Source: Klebsormidium nitens
Lineage: Eukaryota; Plantae; Klebsormidiophyceae
Direction: 5' to 3'
Assembly: GCA_000708835.1 (NCBI GenBank)
Contig: DF237002.1
Location: 209,669 to 273,668 of the forward strand
DNA: 64,000 nucleotides
Each line of letters starts with the position of its first letter. Position 1 is the stretch's first letter. The notes beneath the pieces were generated by a model, which worked only from the letters and a program-made list of their open reading frames with translations, had not been told where the DNA came from and ran no database searches. This document shows positions 13,301-25,810 of the stretch, in pieces. The translations under genes were made by a program, and so were the position numbers.

Positions 13301-16300
13301 TTGACTCCTTTCTACAGTTACATCCTGGGAGGCGTCGAAGTCATCCTGGATGCTGTTCCTGGCATACGAATTTTCGGAAGTGAGTTGCCGTTGTCGATTT
13401 CCCTCGTATCAACGTTACCTCACGTTTTGTTGCAGCGGTCTTCTTTCCTCTTCGAAGATGTTTCTGCCAAAATCTTGGAGGGGGGGCGCTTTCTGAAGTT
13501 CCCGGCACGTACGCTCTGCACGTAGGCAGACGCCTTTTACCCTTCGCACCTTCCTCGGCTTGCACCGACTGATTCTGTCTTCACTTTTGTACAATCGGAA
13601 CCAATTTGCAATCTCGTTCTGCGACCTGAGGCTCAAAGTTGGCCGGCCGCTATTCAATCTTCCTCAACGGCTACTTCTCCCGCATGAAGCATAGCACCGC
13701 TTCTTATCTTCGTTCGCTTTCTGATTCCAGCCAAGTACACCGACCTCAACACGACGACCAGCAGCCAGGCCACCGCCATCGTCACCCGCTCCACGAACCT
13801 CCACGACATGCAAATCTACGGCGTCATCATCACGGCGCTTCTCGGCCTGGCCGTTTTCGGGGGGGCAAAAATCATCGCCAGGCTCGGCCCCGGGTTCCTC
13901 ATCCCGGTCATGGTGTCGCTCCTCTTCATCTATGTCGGGATCATTACCGCACCCAGGGGGCAGATGTCACGTGAGAGCGGGTCTCTAGTCTTTGTTGTCA
14001 TCCTATTATGACAGTCCATCTGGCGTGTTGGGCGTTTGAGGAAGCAATTGGCACTTCTTGAAGTAGCGTGGTCAAAGATTGACGAGGAATTCGGCTATCC
14101 TCCATATTTTCCATATAAAGAAGTCCCTGTACTGCTGGTCCTGTTAGCCTCCTCGGTGCCGAATTTGGGAGGTCCTTTTAGTCCGTCAAACCATATGTTG
14201 CACTGGCGAAATACAAACTTGCTTTCGGCAGTTCCCCGAGTTACTACACCCCCTCGACCTGAGCCCAACCGACAAATAAAGAGCAACCTTGTCTCCACGT
14301 CCGTATTGAAGAGTTGCTCTTGCCACTAATCCCAACACACATCCGAATCTGAAGGTTCGAGCAACCTTGTGCAAACAGTCGACCATGAATCTATGCACCG
14401 ACTCCTTCAGATCCCATCTTTTGGAAAGTTTAGAAGAGACCGACTGGCTCCCCGGCTCTGCTCTCTCTGCAGCCGGCATTACGGGGCTGTCGTGGCACAA
14501 TTTTGCCAGCAACTGGGGCACCAAGTACCAGCGGACGACTGTAAACGGAGTGCCGGATCCAGACGGGAAGGTGACCTGGGCCTTCAGGTGAGATACAACT
14601 CCTCAGTTGGCGCGGTTACTTTTTGGAAATCAGCTTGGACATTCATTGAGAGTAATGTGGCCGGTGCAAGGGCACATGGAATTGGTACCAGGCCAATCAC
14701 GCCGTTGAGCGTGAGAATTGCTCCGTTGAACGACGTTAGTCAGATGTTCATGGGGCTCCTGTTGCTTTGGGTGTAGCAGTAGTCAGATTTTGATGAAGGA
14801 ACCCGTCGCTTTAGGTTTAGCGGTAGGGAAGTGGGGCGCACCGGTCTAGTATGGGTCTGGCTTATTGTTTGCAGACTTCGCTTCGGGTTCTTCTGTCCTT
14901 AATATTCTGCGGCATAGGAAGATTGCATAGGACAGTTGCTACACAGAGGACGCGTACGAAAGCCTGCAACTTATTTGCGCAGCGTTATATTGCAAACGAG
15001 AAGCCTGTCTCAATTGACGCAGGTCTAGCCAGCCATCCAAAGAAGCGCCTCCAGATTCTCTCAAACAACGTGTTAAATCCGTTAGGGACACGTTGGGCCT
15101 GTTCCAAGTAACTTTTTGGCCGATTTTGACCGTTGTTTTCTGTCTGTAACGTACTGTTGACCATATCCTGTCGCCTTCACCTGACCAGCTTTTCCGATCC
15201 AATCTTTCCTTGCCAGGGGCATTCCGGGCCTGTAATCTTCCGCCTTGACCAGCATTTCATACGCGTGTACACCGCTGATCCAACTCTGATCATCATAAAT
15301 CAATCAGTTTAGCCCTCCAAGTCTAATTGGCCCCTTCCCTCGGTAGGGACATGCTGGAGCTAGTTTTATCAAGCCGTAAGCCACATCCTGCACTTGTTCA
15401 TATTCATCCAGACCTGCTGACTCAACGCTAATTAACTCTGATGAATAATGTTTAGCTCGATAGCCCCCCCAGCCTAACCTCGACCTCTTCTTTCTGTAGG
15501 GACATGCTGGGGCTGTTCTTTCCTGCTGTGACTGGTATCCTGGCCGGTTCCAACCGGTCCTCCGTGCTCAAGGACCCGCAGCGCTCGATTCCCGCCGGGA
15601 CGCTCAGCGCGCACCTCACGTCCACGATCATTTACTTCGTCAGCATCCTACTGTTCGGAATGGTCGCCACCAGGGACTACCTGCTCGCCGACAGGTGAAG
15701 ATTTGAAGTTTTGAAGTACTCCTCAGGGTTTTGAAACGTTGGTAGGAACTGTTGCCTCCAAATTGTGGAAGCCTCCAGAGTTGGGGGCTAAATCTCCTCT
15801 GTTGACCTGTACTGTGTGGAATTCAAATTTGTGGCCAATGTTGGTTGTCGTGTTATGATCACGCACAAGTCGTCGGCCATGTTGCACTCCGTTATGCAAG
15901 CTACTCGTCAGCCCCTCCGCGGTCAAGTCTACCTTATACTCCAAGGTACATCAGCGTCATCGTCCTGTGGCGCGTCGAGTCTGTCTTCGGATAACCATCA
16001 CTTCTCTACATTAGTCAGCAGCCGCACATGATGTAAACTGAGACCCTAGTTGTAGATCCTCACAATATGTTCCCTAGGTATAATATTCCATCAGCCCTTC
16101 CCCGTAGGTACCTCACCGCCGTGGCCCTTCCCTGTCGTCCCGAACATTGTCTCTTCTGTATAACATTGTGAGCAAGTCGCCTCCAAAGACCATTCCTATG
16201 CCGGGTATGAAATCTTTTGATGCTTCCCCGTAGGTACCTAAGCGCCACGGTCGCGTGGCCCGTCCCCTCCGTCGTCTCCATCGGCNNNNNNNNNNNNNNN

Positions 16301-19300
16301 NNNNNGCCCANCTTCAATTCTATCAAGTCCAACGGAAGCCGCGNGCGTACCGCGCGATTTGCATCACGCTCTTGCTGTGCATGCTCTGCTGCCTGATCGG
16401 GAACTTGGATTTGATCACCCCGATCATTACCATGTTCTTCCTGCTCTGCTATGCGGGCGTGAACCTGAGCTGCTTCCTGCTGGATCTGCTCGACGCGCCT
16501 AGTTGGCGGCCACGATGGAAGTGGCACCACTTCCTGCTGTCGGGCTTCGGGGCGCTTCTATGCTTCGGTGAGTGGCGTTGAGTGCCGTTTACATGGTCAG
16601 TTCTGCTTGGATGATTCTGTTTCGAAGTCTTTGATGACGTTTCTGTGCACAAAAGTACCAACTTATGGTTCGACTGCAATTGAGAAGCTAGGGCTGTTTC
16701 GAAGAGCGTCTTGATAACTCACAGGGACGCTGTGCTCTTTCTCACAAGCTGAGGGAATGCCCTCGGGACAAGTCCCTGCCCGTTCTAAGTTGACCAAGCA
16801 AAGCCTGTGTTTTGGTCGTTCTGTGTCATATTCTCGCTTTGACATCTGAAGCTGAGGTGTGTTTTTACTTCCTCTAAGTGTGTCATTTCAAAGCCACCAT
16901 TTCTACTTTTTGGATTCAACATCCTCGTTTGGCACTTGCAGTAATTATGCTCATCATCTCGTGGGTGTTCACCATCATCTCGGTGATCCTGGCGGCGCTC
17001 ATCTACTACTACGTCAGCGTGCGGGGCAAGGCCGGCGACTGGGGCGATGGCTTCAAGAGCGCCTACTTCCAGCTCGCGCTGCGCAGCATCCGCACCATGG
17101 GAGGTCAGCATCTGCGCCATTCAAAACATGTTTCTGATTTGCAATAGGACTGCTTAGTGTTGAAGTCCACTGTATGTGAAACCAGCACGCATCTAAACTT
17201 AAGTTGCGCTTGCTTGCGATGCACCACCTACGAAGCCCCAGTCGTGCTGCTTCTATCCTGTCTGCGATTGAGAAGGAAAAAGCACTCAGTTCCCCGCCTG
17301 AACCACCGCTAGCAATCCTTCTCGTTTTCCAGTGAACCGCCCTCCCGCTTGTAACCCTTGAGGGGAATTTCGATTTAGCTCCTCGAATCTTGCGCTCACG
17401 TCACCAAGACGTTTTCCAACCCGAATCAACCAGGATTGTCTGTGTTAAGACGGTTCAGATCGCCTTTTCAGTCCGCTTCCGCATGCCTAACACCAAGCTG
17501 GTCCATCCAGTATCCTGAGTTCCCTGGTGAATACCATGAATATCCGTCTTCTACTCGACCACCGCGGCTTGCTGCTCGAAGGCGGTCCATCTCTAGTTGT
17601 GGTGATGATATCAGCCCTGCCGCTCCTAAAATCATCAAAATACAGCTTCTATCGCCTGCCCACCCCCTGCTGAAAACAAACAAGCATTTGTGTTGAAGGT
17701 TTGTTGATTTAACATGCATCGAACGCTCTCTTTCTTTTCCTCCTTCCTTCCCGCAGCCAAGCAGGTGCACCCCAAGAACTGGTACCCCATCCCGCTCATC
17801 TACTGCAAGCCGTGGGGCATCCTGCCCGCGGACGTGCCGTGCCACCCGATGCTGCCCGACTTCGCCAACTGCATGAAGAAGAAGGGCCGCGGGCTGTCCA
17901 TCTTCGTGTCCATCATGGAGGGCGACTACGGGGACTGCATCGAGGAGGCGCGCGAGGCCACGCGCACGCTCACGGCCTACATCGAGTACAAAAAGTGCGA
18001 AGCGGTGAGTCAGGCACACGAAGGCGCTCCAGGATCTTCGATTTGGGGCGTGGCCTGCTTCCAACCATGACATCCTCGAATTATGTGGAAGGAATGCTCT
18101 GCTGCTTGAGGACAGAAACAGCCTCTCTCCTTTTATTCTGCCCTATGGGCTTTCTCCTTCTCAATCCTGCATGCTACTTTAGAGCGAGGACAAGAGAGTT
18201 GGAGTATCAAGCACGTAGTGGGGCCTAGTTTGAAGAAGGCAACTCTTTCGGAGCTGAGCTAGCGAATCGTCAGAGCACAAGGACTTGTAAAGATGTATCA
18301 GGCCGCCAGAAGACCCTGAAAAGGCCTTAAATTCGCAGTCTGGCCTCCTCCCCAGGTGGGTGATGTCATAGTGGCGCGGACAATGGAGGACGGCTTCCGC
18401 ACGCTGATCCAGAGCATGGGCATCGGCAACTTGAAGCCCAACATGGTGTGCATGCGCTACCCCGAGATCTGGCGGGACGAGCGGCGGCAACTGGGTAACA
18501 TCCCCAACCAGGTGCGGGCAAGGCAGAGTTCCACAGCCTGTTTTGTGACGCCGTTCCGAGTGTATGCTCGTTGTTCGTCTGCGGGAATCTTACTTTTGTT
18601 GAAATGTGTCATTACTTGGAATGCACTTTTAGTGCCTTCTTCGGACTTCTTCCTGCAATCCCTCCGACTGTGGGAGCCTGGGCAGTCTCCGATTTTAACT
18701 ACTTACCTCTGACCACTCTCCAACTACCATTTTCATTGCATGCAGCACCCCTGTCCCTCGTCCACTTGGTGAACACCCATCTTTGCTTCTCCATCTCTCC
18801 GCTTCTAACCGCACCTTCTCTCCCGCTTTCCCCACTTCGTGAACATCATCACCGGTTGATTACGCGCATCTCCCCTCATTTCACACAACTTACGTCGCCA
18901 ATCTCCCCTGCTTCCTCATGATTGTAAGTATCATCCGCAAATGGCACGTTAATCTTTACTTCCCGTCTCTCCGTTTTCACCCCCTGATCCCTCCCTCCCC
19001 TAGTTCGTGAACATCATCCGCGACTGCCACGTGGGCGGCAAGGCGGTGGTGATCGTGAAGGGCATCGACGACTGGCCGGGCGAGTACCAGAAGCAGTACG
19101 GCTTCATCGACTTATACTGGATCATACGCGACGGCGGCCTCATGCTGCTCCTGGCCATGCTGCTCAAGTCCAAAAAGTCGTTCGAGGCGTGCAAGATCCG
19201 CGTCTTCTGCACCGCCCAGGAGGAGGGCGACGCGGAGCAGCTGAAGGCGGACGTCAAGAAATTCTTGTACGACCTGCGGATGGAGGCCGAGGTGCGTTCA

Positions 19301-21074
19301 AGTTTTGAATTACAGAGCATGTTTGGAAGCGCCTGCAACGCGTCGAAGAGCGTCCGGGATCTGCTGTGCAACTGTCGAACCATTCGCAAGGCGTCGGAAA
19401 GGGTCCGCGTTTTTCTGTAACGTTGTGAAGAAGTTTTCGTACGACGTTTGGATGGAGGCCGAGGTGAGTCCGTCCAAAGAACGTGGAACCTGTAAGAAGA
19501 ATTTGACGCGACTGGAACCTGTCCGCAACCAGGTCAGCGTGGGTCCGACTGGGAAGCATCGATAAGGAGAGCGGCTAGCGCTAAGTTCCTATTCGGACTT
19601 GGGGATAAAACCCGAGATGAGAGCGTCCGAGAAGCGTTTGCAGAAAGTAGCGGCGATCGGGAACCGTTCCGACGTCTTCAGATTGTCCGGAACGAGGTGC
19701 CTTGCGTCTGAGAAGTGTCTGAGGAATGGTTGAAAGAAGCATTGGAGGTGTCCGCGAGGGCTCGGGAAGCGTCCGATCCCGCTGAAAGACGCTTCAACAG
19801 CTTGAGACATCCGAAAACGGGTAAAAAGCGTCCAAGACGTGCGTCAAACGCAATGTGGACCGTACACGGAACCTAGACTGCCTGGAGGATGCATCTAGGT
19901 TTCGCCTAAGTTTCGAGTGGGTTTGAATGTAGTGACTGACTCTGCAGAATCAACATCCTGATATCTTGCAGATATAAACCCCCAATTCTGTATCTTTTGG
20001 ACTCCTCCAGCTTCCAGGCGATGGTGCTGCGGATTAGGAAGCAACATCCATAGATCATTGAAACTCCACATCTTCCGAAACTCCAAATCATTAAAGTCTC
20101 TTTCTTTTTCAGGTGATCGTGCTGAACTACCGGGCAATGGACGAGGAGCAGGCGGCGGCAGCCATCTCCGAGGAGCACGCGGCCGAGCGGCAAACCTCAG
20201 CGGACGCGGTACGGCAGGCGCGGAAACGGATCGCGGCCCGGGCGGCCGCGCACAAGGCCGAGGTGCAGGCGGGCGACTCGCGGCGGCCAATGGACGGCGA
20301 GTACAAAAACTACGATGAGGAGAAGACGAGCCAGGTGGGGTTGCTGCCTTTTGCATATTGAATTGTTGTTTCTTGTTTTCTTTTTCTCGTTTATCCGCTT
20401 CGTATCTTCTGGATGAAGGTCGCAGGTCCAGTAAGAAGCGGGGGAGTTGAAAAGTACGACCGGAAGAAGAGGGAGCAAGTCTGTTGCTTGCTTTCGTTGT
20501 CTTGCGCTTGAATGGAAGTGGTAGTGTGTAGGTTACTCGTACGGAGCTGTGCAAGCCTGCTCGATCGGGGGATAGGAAAACGAGGAGAAGAGACTGCAAA
20601 GAAAGCGATGTGAACGGTGATTGTCATGGAAGTGCAGCATGTGCGAATTGGAGGACAACCCAGCCTCTCAAGATCCACCGTTCAAACGTATTTGTGCTGA
20701 TTGACATAGTCGCTAAGCTTGGCAGGAATGCTGCTCCTTTGTTACAAGCAGCTTCAAAATTCCAGCGGTCTTTGTGCAGCTTTTGGGATTTCTCACCTTG
20801 CAACATGACACGTTGCACATCCGCTGCGAGAGGCCTTATGCAGTCCGTCTGTTCTTCTCTCTTGCAGTTCCTACATACTACCATGAAGTTGAACTCGATC
20901 ATCCTAAAATACTCCCGGGCCGCAGCCGCTGTGGTTCTTGTCAGCCTTCCACCACCGCCCCCAAAGCACCCCAGCTATAACTACATGGAGTACATGGATT
21001 TGTTGGTTGACCAGGTCCCAAAGCTACTAATGGTCCGGGGATACAAACGAGACGTTGTGACGATCTATTCTTAG
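10332..21074 (+). CDS. CCC1: Cation-chloride cotransporter 1 (about 18 exons; an assembly gap removes part of one exon)
   Basis: Exons encode [133 protein letters not shown] and YMEYMDLLVDQVPKLLMVRGYKRDVVTIYS*, collinear with plant CCC1. Confidence 0.96.
16286..16344. other. Assembly gap and ambiguous bases inside CCC1
   Basis: Run of N at 16286-16305 plus single N at 16311 and 16344. The expected IILSTLGAALQSLTGAPRLL segment is absent. Confidence 0.95.
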
Positions 21075-22175
21075 AAAGTTGTTCGTCATGGGTTGCATTG
21101 TACAATGAAGAAGAGGCTTCGGAAGTTGAAGGATTCTATTTCACGTGCTCTCGATTCAGTCAGGCCATGAGACTGAGTGCTCATGAGGCACCAGCCTTCA
21201 GGATTTTATGTGGCTACGCGCCTTGAAGCTCAAATTGCATGATCAGGAGGATTCACGTGTCATGTGCACTGCATGAGCATACGGCGTACAGCAATGTATG
21301 TTTGATTCAGTAGCAATGCCAAATATGTATCATTGCAGGTCAACTTACAGACAACTATAGCACTGCCCGACGTATCGCATCATGTGCAGATTGAAAAAGC
21401 GGGTCGGATTAGTGGTCCGTCCCTGACGGTAAGCCTGCATGATGTGTGGACGTACGCATGCTATGTTCCAGGCATCAAGCTAGTTAATGACCACCTTCTC
21501 ACCGTTTTCTCTGTAGTGCACTTTGATTTGTGAATCTTCAATATGTTGCATACAGAATCACAATGTTGTCTTACATAGTTCATACTTCAATGCAGAGATC
21601 TTTTTTGCGGGGTGCCCATGGCCTAGATTGGTTTCCAAGTCAGATTCATAGACGTGTAGGGAACAATGATGTTCGACATGCGCAATACCCTTGTAAGAAG
21701 CAAGAAGTTTCAATCAACTTATCGCCACATCCGACATGCTGGGCTTGAGATCAGTCGGCATTTCTATGTGCCGGAACAAGCAACTGCAGCTGCTACTGCA
21801 TGATTAGATGTGCCGCGCGCAAATCCCAGTCGAAGTGATGAGGAGGAGTGTGCCTTGTTCCAGTTTCAACCACCAAATGCAAGGAGAGAGCGATTTCACG
21901 TAAGGTCATTGACGAATCTCAACGAAGATTAGCAGCACCTGGTGTGACAAGTCTGAAATGCTGTTCCATGTTGACAAGGCCGTCCTGAAACTTATGTATC
22001 ATATCAACAGGTTCGCACATGGCTGAGCACAGTCCCCGCCCTCTCTATTCACCCACCACAAATGTTCCTGAAAACTTAGCAGTTTCCCTGACAGGGGAGC
22101 CTGCGGATCCCTGGACTACAATATGTGCTCCTTGACGGAGCCTTTGCAACGCACCGCGTGATTGGACCCAATTGT

Positions 22176-24144
22176 CTATCGCTTGGCTGGGAGAGGGATG
22201 GGCAGAACCTTCTTGATGATCTCTTCACTAAGGGCCTGCACCTGTGACTCGAGCCCGGCCAGTGTCTCCTCCTTTTGCTTCTCCAGGTCAGCGAGGGCGG
22301 CGGCCAGCTCAGCCTCCACCTTTGCCCTGAAGAGAGCAGAATCAAGAGCGCATGAGAAAGTGCTTTCAATTCTCAGTGATCAGGAGTATTGTTAGCTCTT
22401 TGCTTGCTAACCAGGCAATGCCTTGCTCCGCCTGATTGAGTACCATCTTCAAGCTTCCGTCTCAATAGAATGAGCCAAAAACGACTCCGTTTTGACAGCC
22501 AGGAGACAGCGCAGAATGCTGTATGTGTGCCGGGTGATAGTCACCGGCTGAATGGCACATGCAGAAGGAGGCCCAACAAAGAGAAGGTGGAGCTGGAAAT
22601 TAGGGTTGTCAACCAGCTTCACGATATTGCCACAATCATGGAGTGCTTCTACAACCGACCGGTTTAGCTCGTCTGCAGACTACTATTTCTTCTGCGGACC
22701 GTTTTGCTAGACGACCATATCCAAAAGCAGCAGATGACTCTTCATCTGTCCATAAAGCGACCAAGCAATGCTGTCCCATCGGCATATCTCAGAAGCACCC
22801 TGACCAGGCCCTCAATGCAGGACAACCAAACAGAAGCTAACACAAGCATCGCACAAAAGAAAGACATATGTCCTTCTGATGTGGCAATGCAGGTCGCCAA
22901 GTGCTGCACCGCTCTACCAACCAAAGCTGTTGTGGAAAGTGATCATAGAGCAGCTAAGTGGCGCTCTGTCAGGTGAGCGCCATTCGGCACCGATGCAGGT
23001 GAGCGCCATTCGGCACAGATGCTTTCAGCTTTCTTGCCTCTGTTCACAGCGGACCTCTTCCAACCCTAGTCAAAGGAGCAACTACCAACCCCTTATGTGC
23101 ACAAAAGACGACCCTTGCAATGCATGGCCGTTACCATACTCCTAGGCTTGGCTGCTGTCATTAGGGTTGCTCAAGACCACAATTCATTACAAGAATTTGG
23201 CTCGGGAGGTTGTATTTCAAACAAGTTGGATCACAGTCTACGGAAGACCACAGACATGAACACAGACCCATCTGGCAACAGAATGTGCTTTAACGTGCAG
23301 TCCTTAACCACAAGACCATTCTGCAAACTACTCGCATTGAAGTGGCAAGTAAGCAAAAAGCCCGTAGCACTGGATAGGCATGTATCATATAGAGAGAAAA
23401 GGCCAACCCGTAGACAATTGCCTTGGATCCCCAATATGGATCTGAAGCAAAACAGGCGCTCAATCTTGCTCAATAAGTAACGCCTTCGATGACCAATTTC
23501 AGTTCTTCGAATCTGTACATTGTTCTCAGTCATCCTCACCTGTTTTCTTGGAGCTCGGCATCCAATTTCTCTGCTAGCTTCTTCTTGTGCTCATTTTGCT
23601 GCTGCGTGATCTCAACCCGGGCCGCCCTGATGATCTGCTGCGCCTCCTTCTCCAAAGCTTCCAACTCTGAGGAGTTGTCCCTGACGGACATCAACTTATT
23701 CCTAATCAGCGCATCACGGTCGTCCATGACCTTCGACACCGGCTTGAACCAGATGTTGTCAAGCGCAACCATGAGGAGCAGGAACTCAACGGCTATGATT
23801 GGGAGTGTCAGGTTAAAATCAAAGATCTTTCCCTTCTCCTCTGCAAGGGCGGGGCAGGCCACCAGCATGTTCACAGCTGCAATGGCAATAGGGTTGATCT
23901 TCCTGTCAACCAGGCTCTTCAACCGCTCTCCAACATTAGCCTCTGTTGACCGCCTGCTCTCTTCCCTCGCCTCTGCCACGAATGTGATGACCCTCCTAAC
24001 AGCAGGGGCGGCAATCTGCACGCGCTCTCTGCTGAACCTAGGAACAAAGGAAGAAGGGGTGGACAGAACCGTCTGCTTCGAGGCACTGCATTGCAGGGTC
24101 AGAGCCCCTGCAGAGCCCACACGCGCAGCCACTGACGTTGCCAT
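22176..24144 (-). CDS. ATPG: Chloroplast ATP synthase subunit b' (CF0-II) with transit peptide; exons 24144-23540, 22326-22176
   Basis: MATSVAARV.. transit peptide, then ALAEEKGKIFDFNLTLPIIAVEFLLLMVALDNIWFKPVSKVMDDRD and a phase-2 join ENR|AKVEAELAAALADLEKQKEETLAGLESQVQALSEEIIKKVLP. Confidence 0.96.
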
Positions 24145-25810
24145 CCTTCTCAACAGACACCCCCTGCTTTCCAACAAACTTCCCTGCACTAGCAGCAACA
24201 ATGGCGGATGCAAAATGCAGCAAAGGAAGCCCTGAGCAGATTCCCAAAATCGCAAAACTGAGGAGGAAGGAGGTTGTGGCGCTTTCCTTCTGAGCGAAGC
24301 TGGCGTCGAATTCGCCAAAGTGAAAGTCCCCGCTGATGCGTTCGACGAGCGTCCTCCTTACATGCGACCCAGATTCCCCTATCCTGGCTCAACGGCTGAG
24401 ATGGGCTGAATCTAGCCACGTGGCTTTCTTTGAAAGTGGGCACTGGGCAGCATCAAAACCCTCGTCGAACCCTCGCAAGAACCCCGAAACAGCGGCCGGC
24501 CGCGCTGAATAACGACGCCATGCACCGTCTGAATTGAGAAGCTTGAATGACTTGAACGCTACGCAACCAGCTCGTTCGCTCTTTCTCAGTTCCTGCATTC
24601 CGAGCCACTCCTTCTTACGATCATCTACTTGCAGTGAAGGCGAGGAGAAACACCGGCGATCCATAGTTAAAAGGGGCAATAAACGCACCGGCGCCGCGGC
24701 GGCGCTAGCTAGGACCTCCGGGGGACCGCCTGTGCCCATACTACCTCAGTGGCCCCAGCTTTTTCTTTCTTCAAAGGAAAGCCCCGCTCTCACGTCGTCC
24801 TGCGAGTTAAGCGTCTGGACCAAGATTAACAGGCTGAGAAGCTGATCTGCATCCCCCGAAAAGTTTGAAACCTCCAAGTTTTCAAGTGAGCCTAGTACAA
24901 CCCGCCTACGATGGCAGATTGTCAACAACGTGGTGAACAACTCAAGGAGAGCCAGGTCGAAGGTGCGTGCTCTTCTTTCTGAAAATTTAATGAGCCTGCC
25001 GATTGTTCCTGTTCCTCGGCGGGTTTCCTCGACTTGAAGCGTGGAGTCATCATGTGTATGTTTTTAATTTGTCCTTCTAGAAGCACTTCAGATTTAACCC
25101 CTTCAAATTCATGTGGTCGCATCTGTCCATCTGGCAAGCTAGGTTAAGGAACTTTTTGTTTTCTGTATATGTGCGTCTTTCCAAGTCTTCAGTTCTTGCA
25201 CCTTTTCGTCCTGCGCATAATTATACTGTCATTTTTGGGGGTAGGCTTCTGAAGTTCTGTGTTTTCTTTTACGTACTCCCACTTTTTATCAACCCTGCAC
25301 CTTGGGACAGTGGGACAGGCTAAAGCTTGCATGTGTGATCAGAGATTTGAGTTCTGGCCCTTGATATTTCCTCTTCCTTTTACTCTTCTCATCGATGTTG
25401 AGTCGGTTGGCTTCTTACATCCGGTTACTGAGTGTACCTGATTGCTTGTGCAGTCTGGCAAGTCCGTGGAAAATGAAGTGGTTCAACTAAACCAATAGTG
25501 ATTTGATCCTGCACGAAGGGTGACACTGGAGGGCCTGATCATCTACACTGACCCATACCTGCTGCAAGTCGCACAAGAGGTATGCACAGGCAGTGCCGTT
25601 TGCGGGGCTGAAGTGCGCGGTAGCCCCCAAATCATGCAGACCAAAACTCTTCCAATTGAGTTGGCCAGGTGAAACTGGTGCTTAAGACCCTTATTCCTAA
25701 TCAAAACTTCTCTGTACTATACTTGCATGCCCGATGCAAGCGTGTTGGCTCAGCGAGTCGTTCTGTTGTTGAACGTCACATTCGACAAGGATGTGATTCT
25801 GCAGACGAAA

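Noticed and set aside
23489-24235. 248-aa plus-strand ORF, and similar long antisense ORFs (62456-63418, 52313-52949, 29999-30472)
   Set aside because: Shadow ORFs of GC-rich or low-complexity sense coding sequence.
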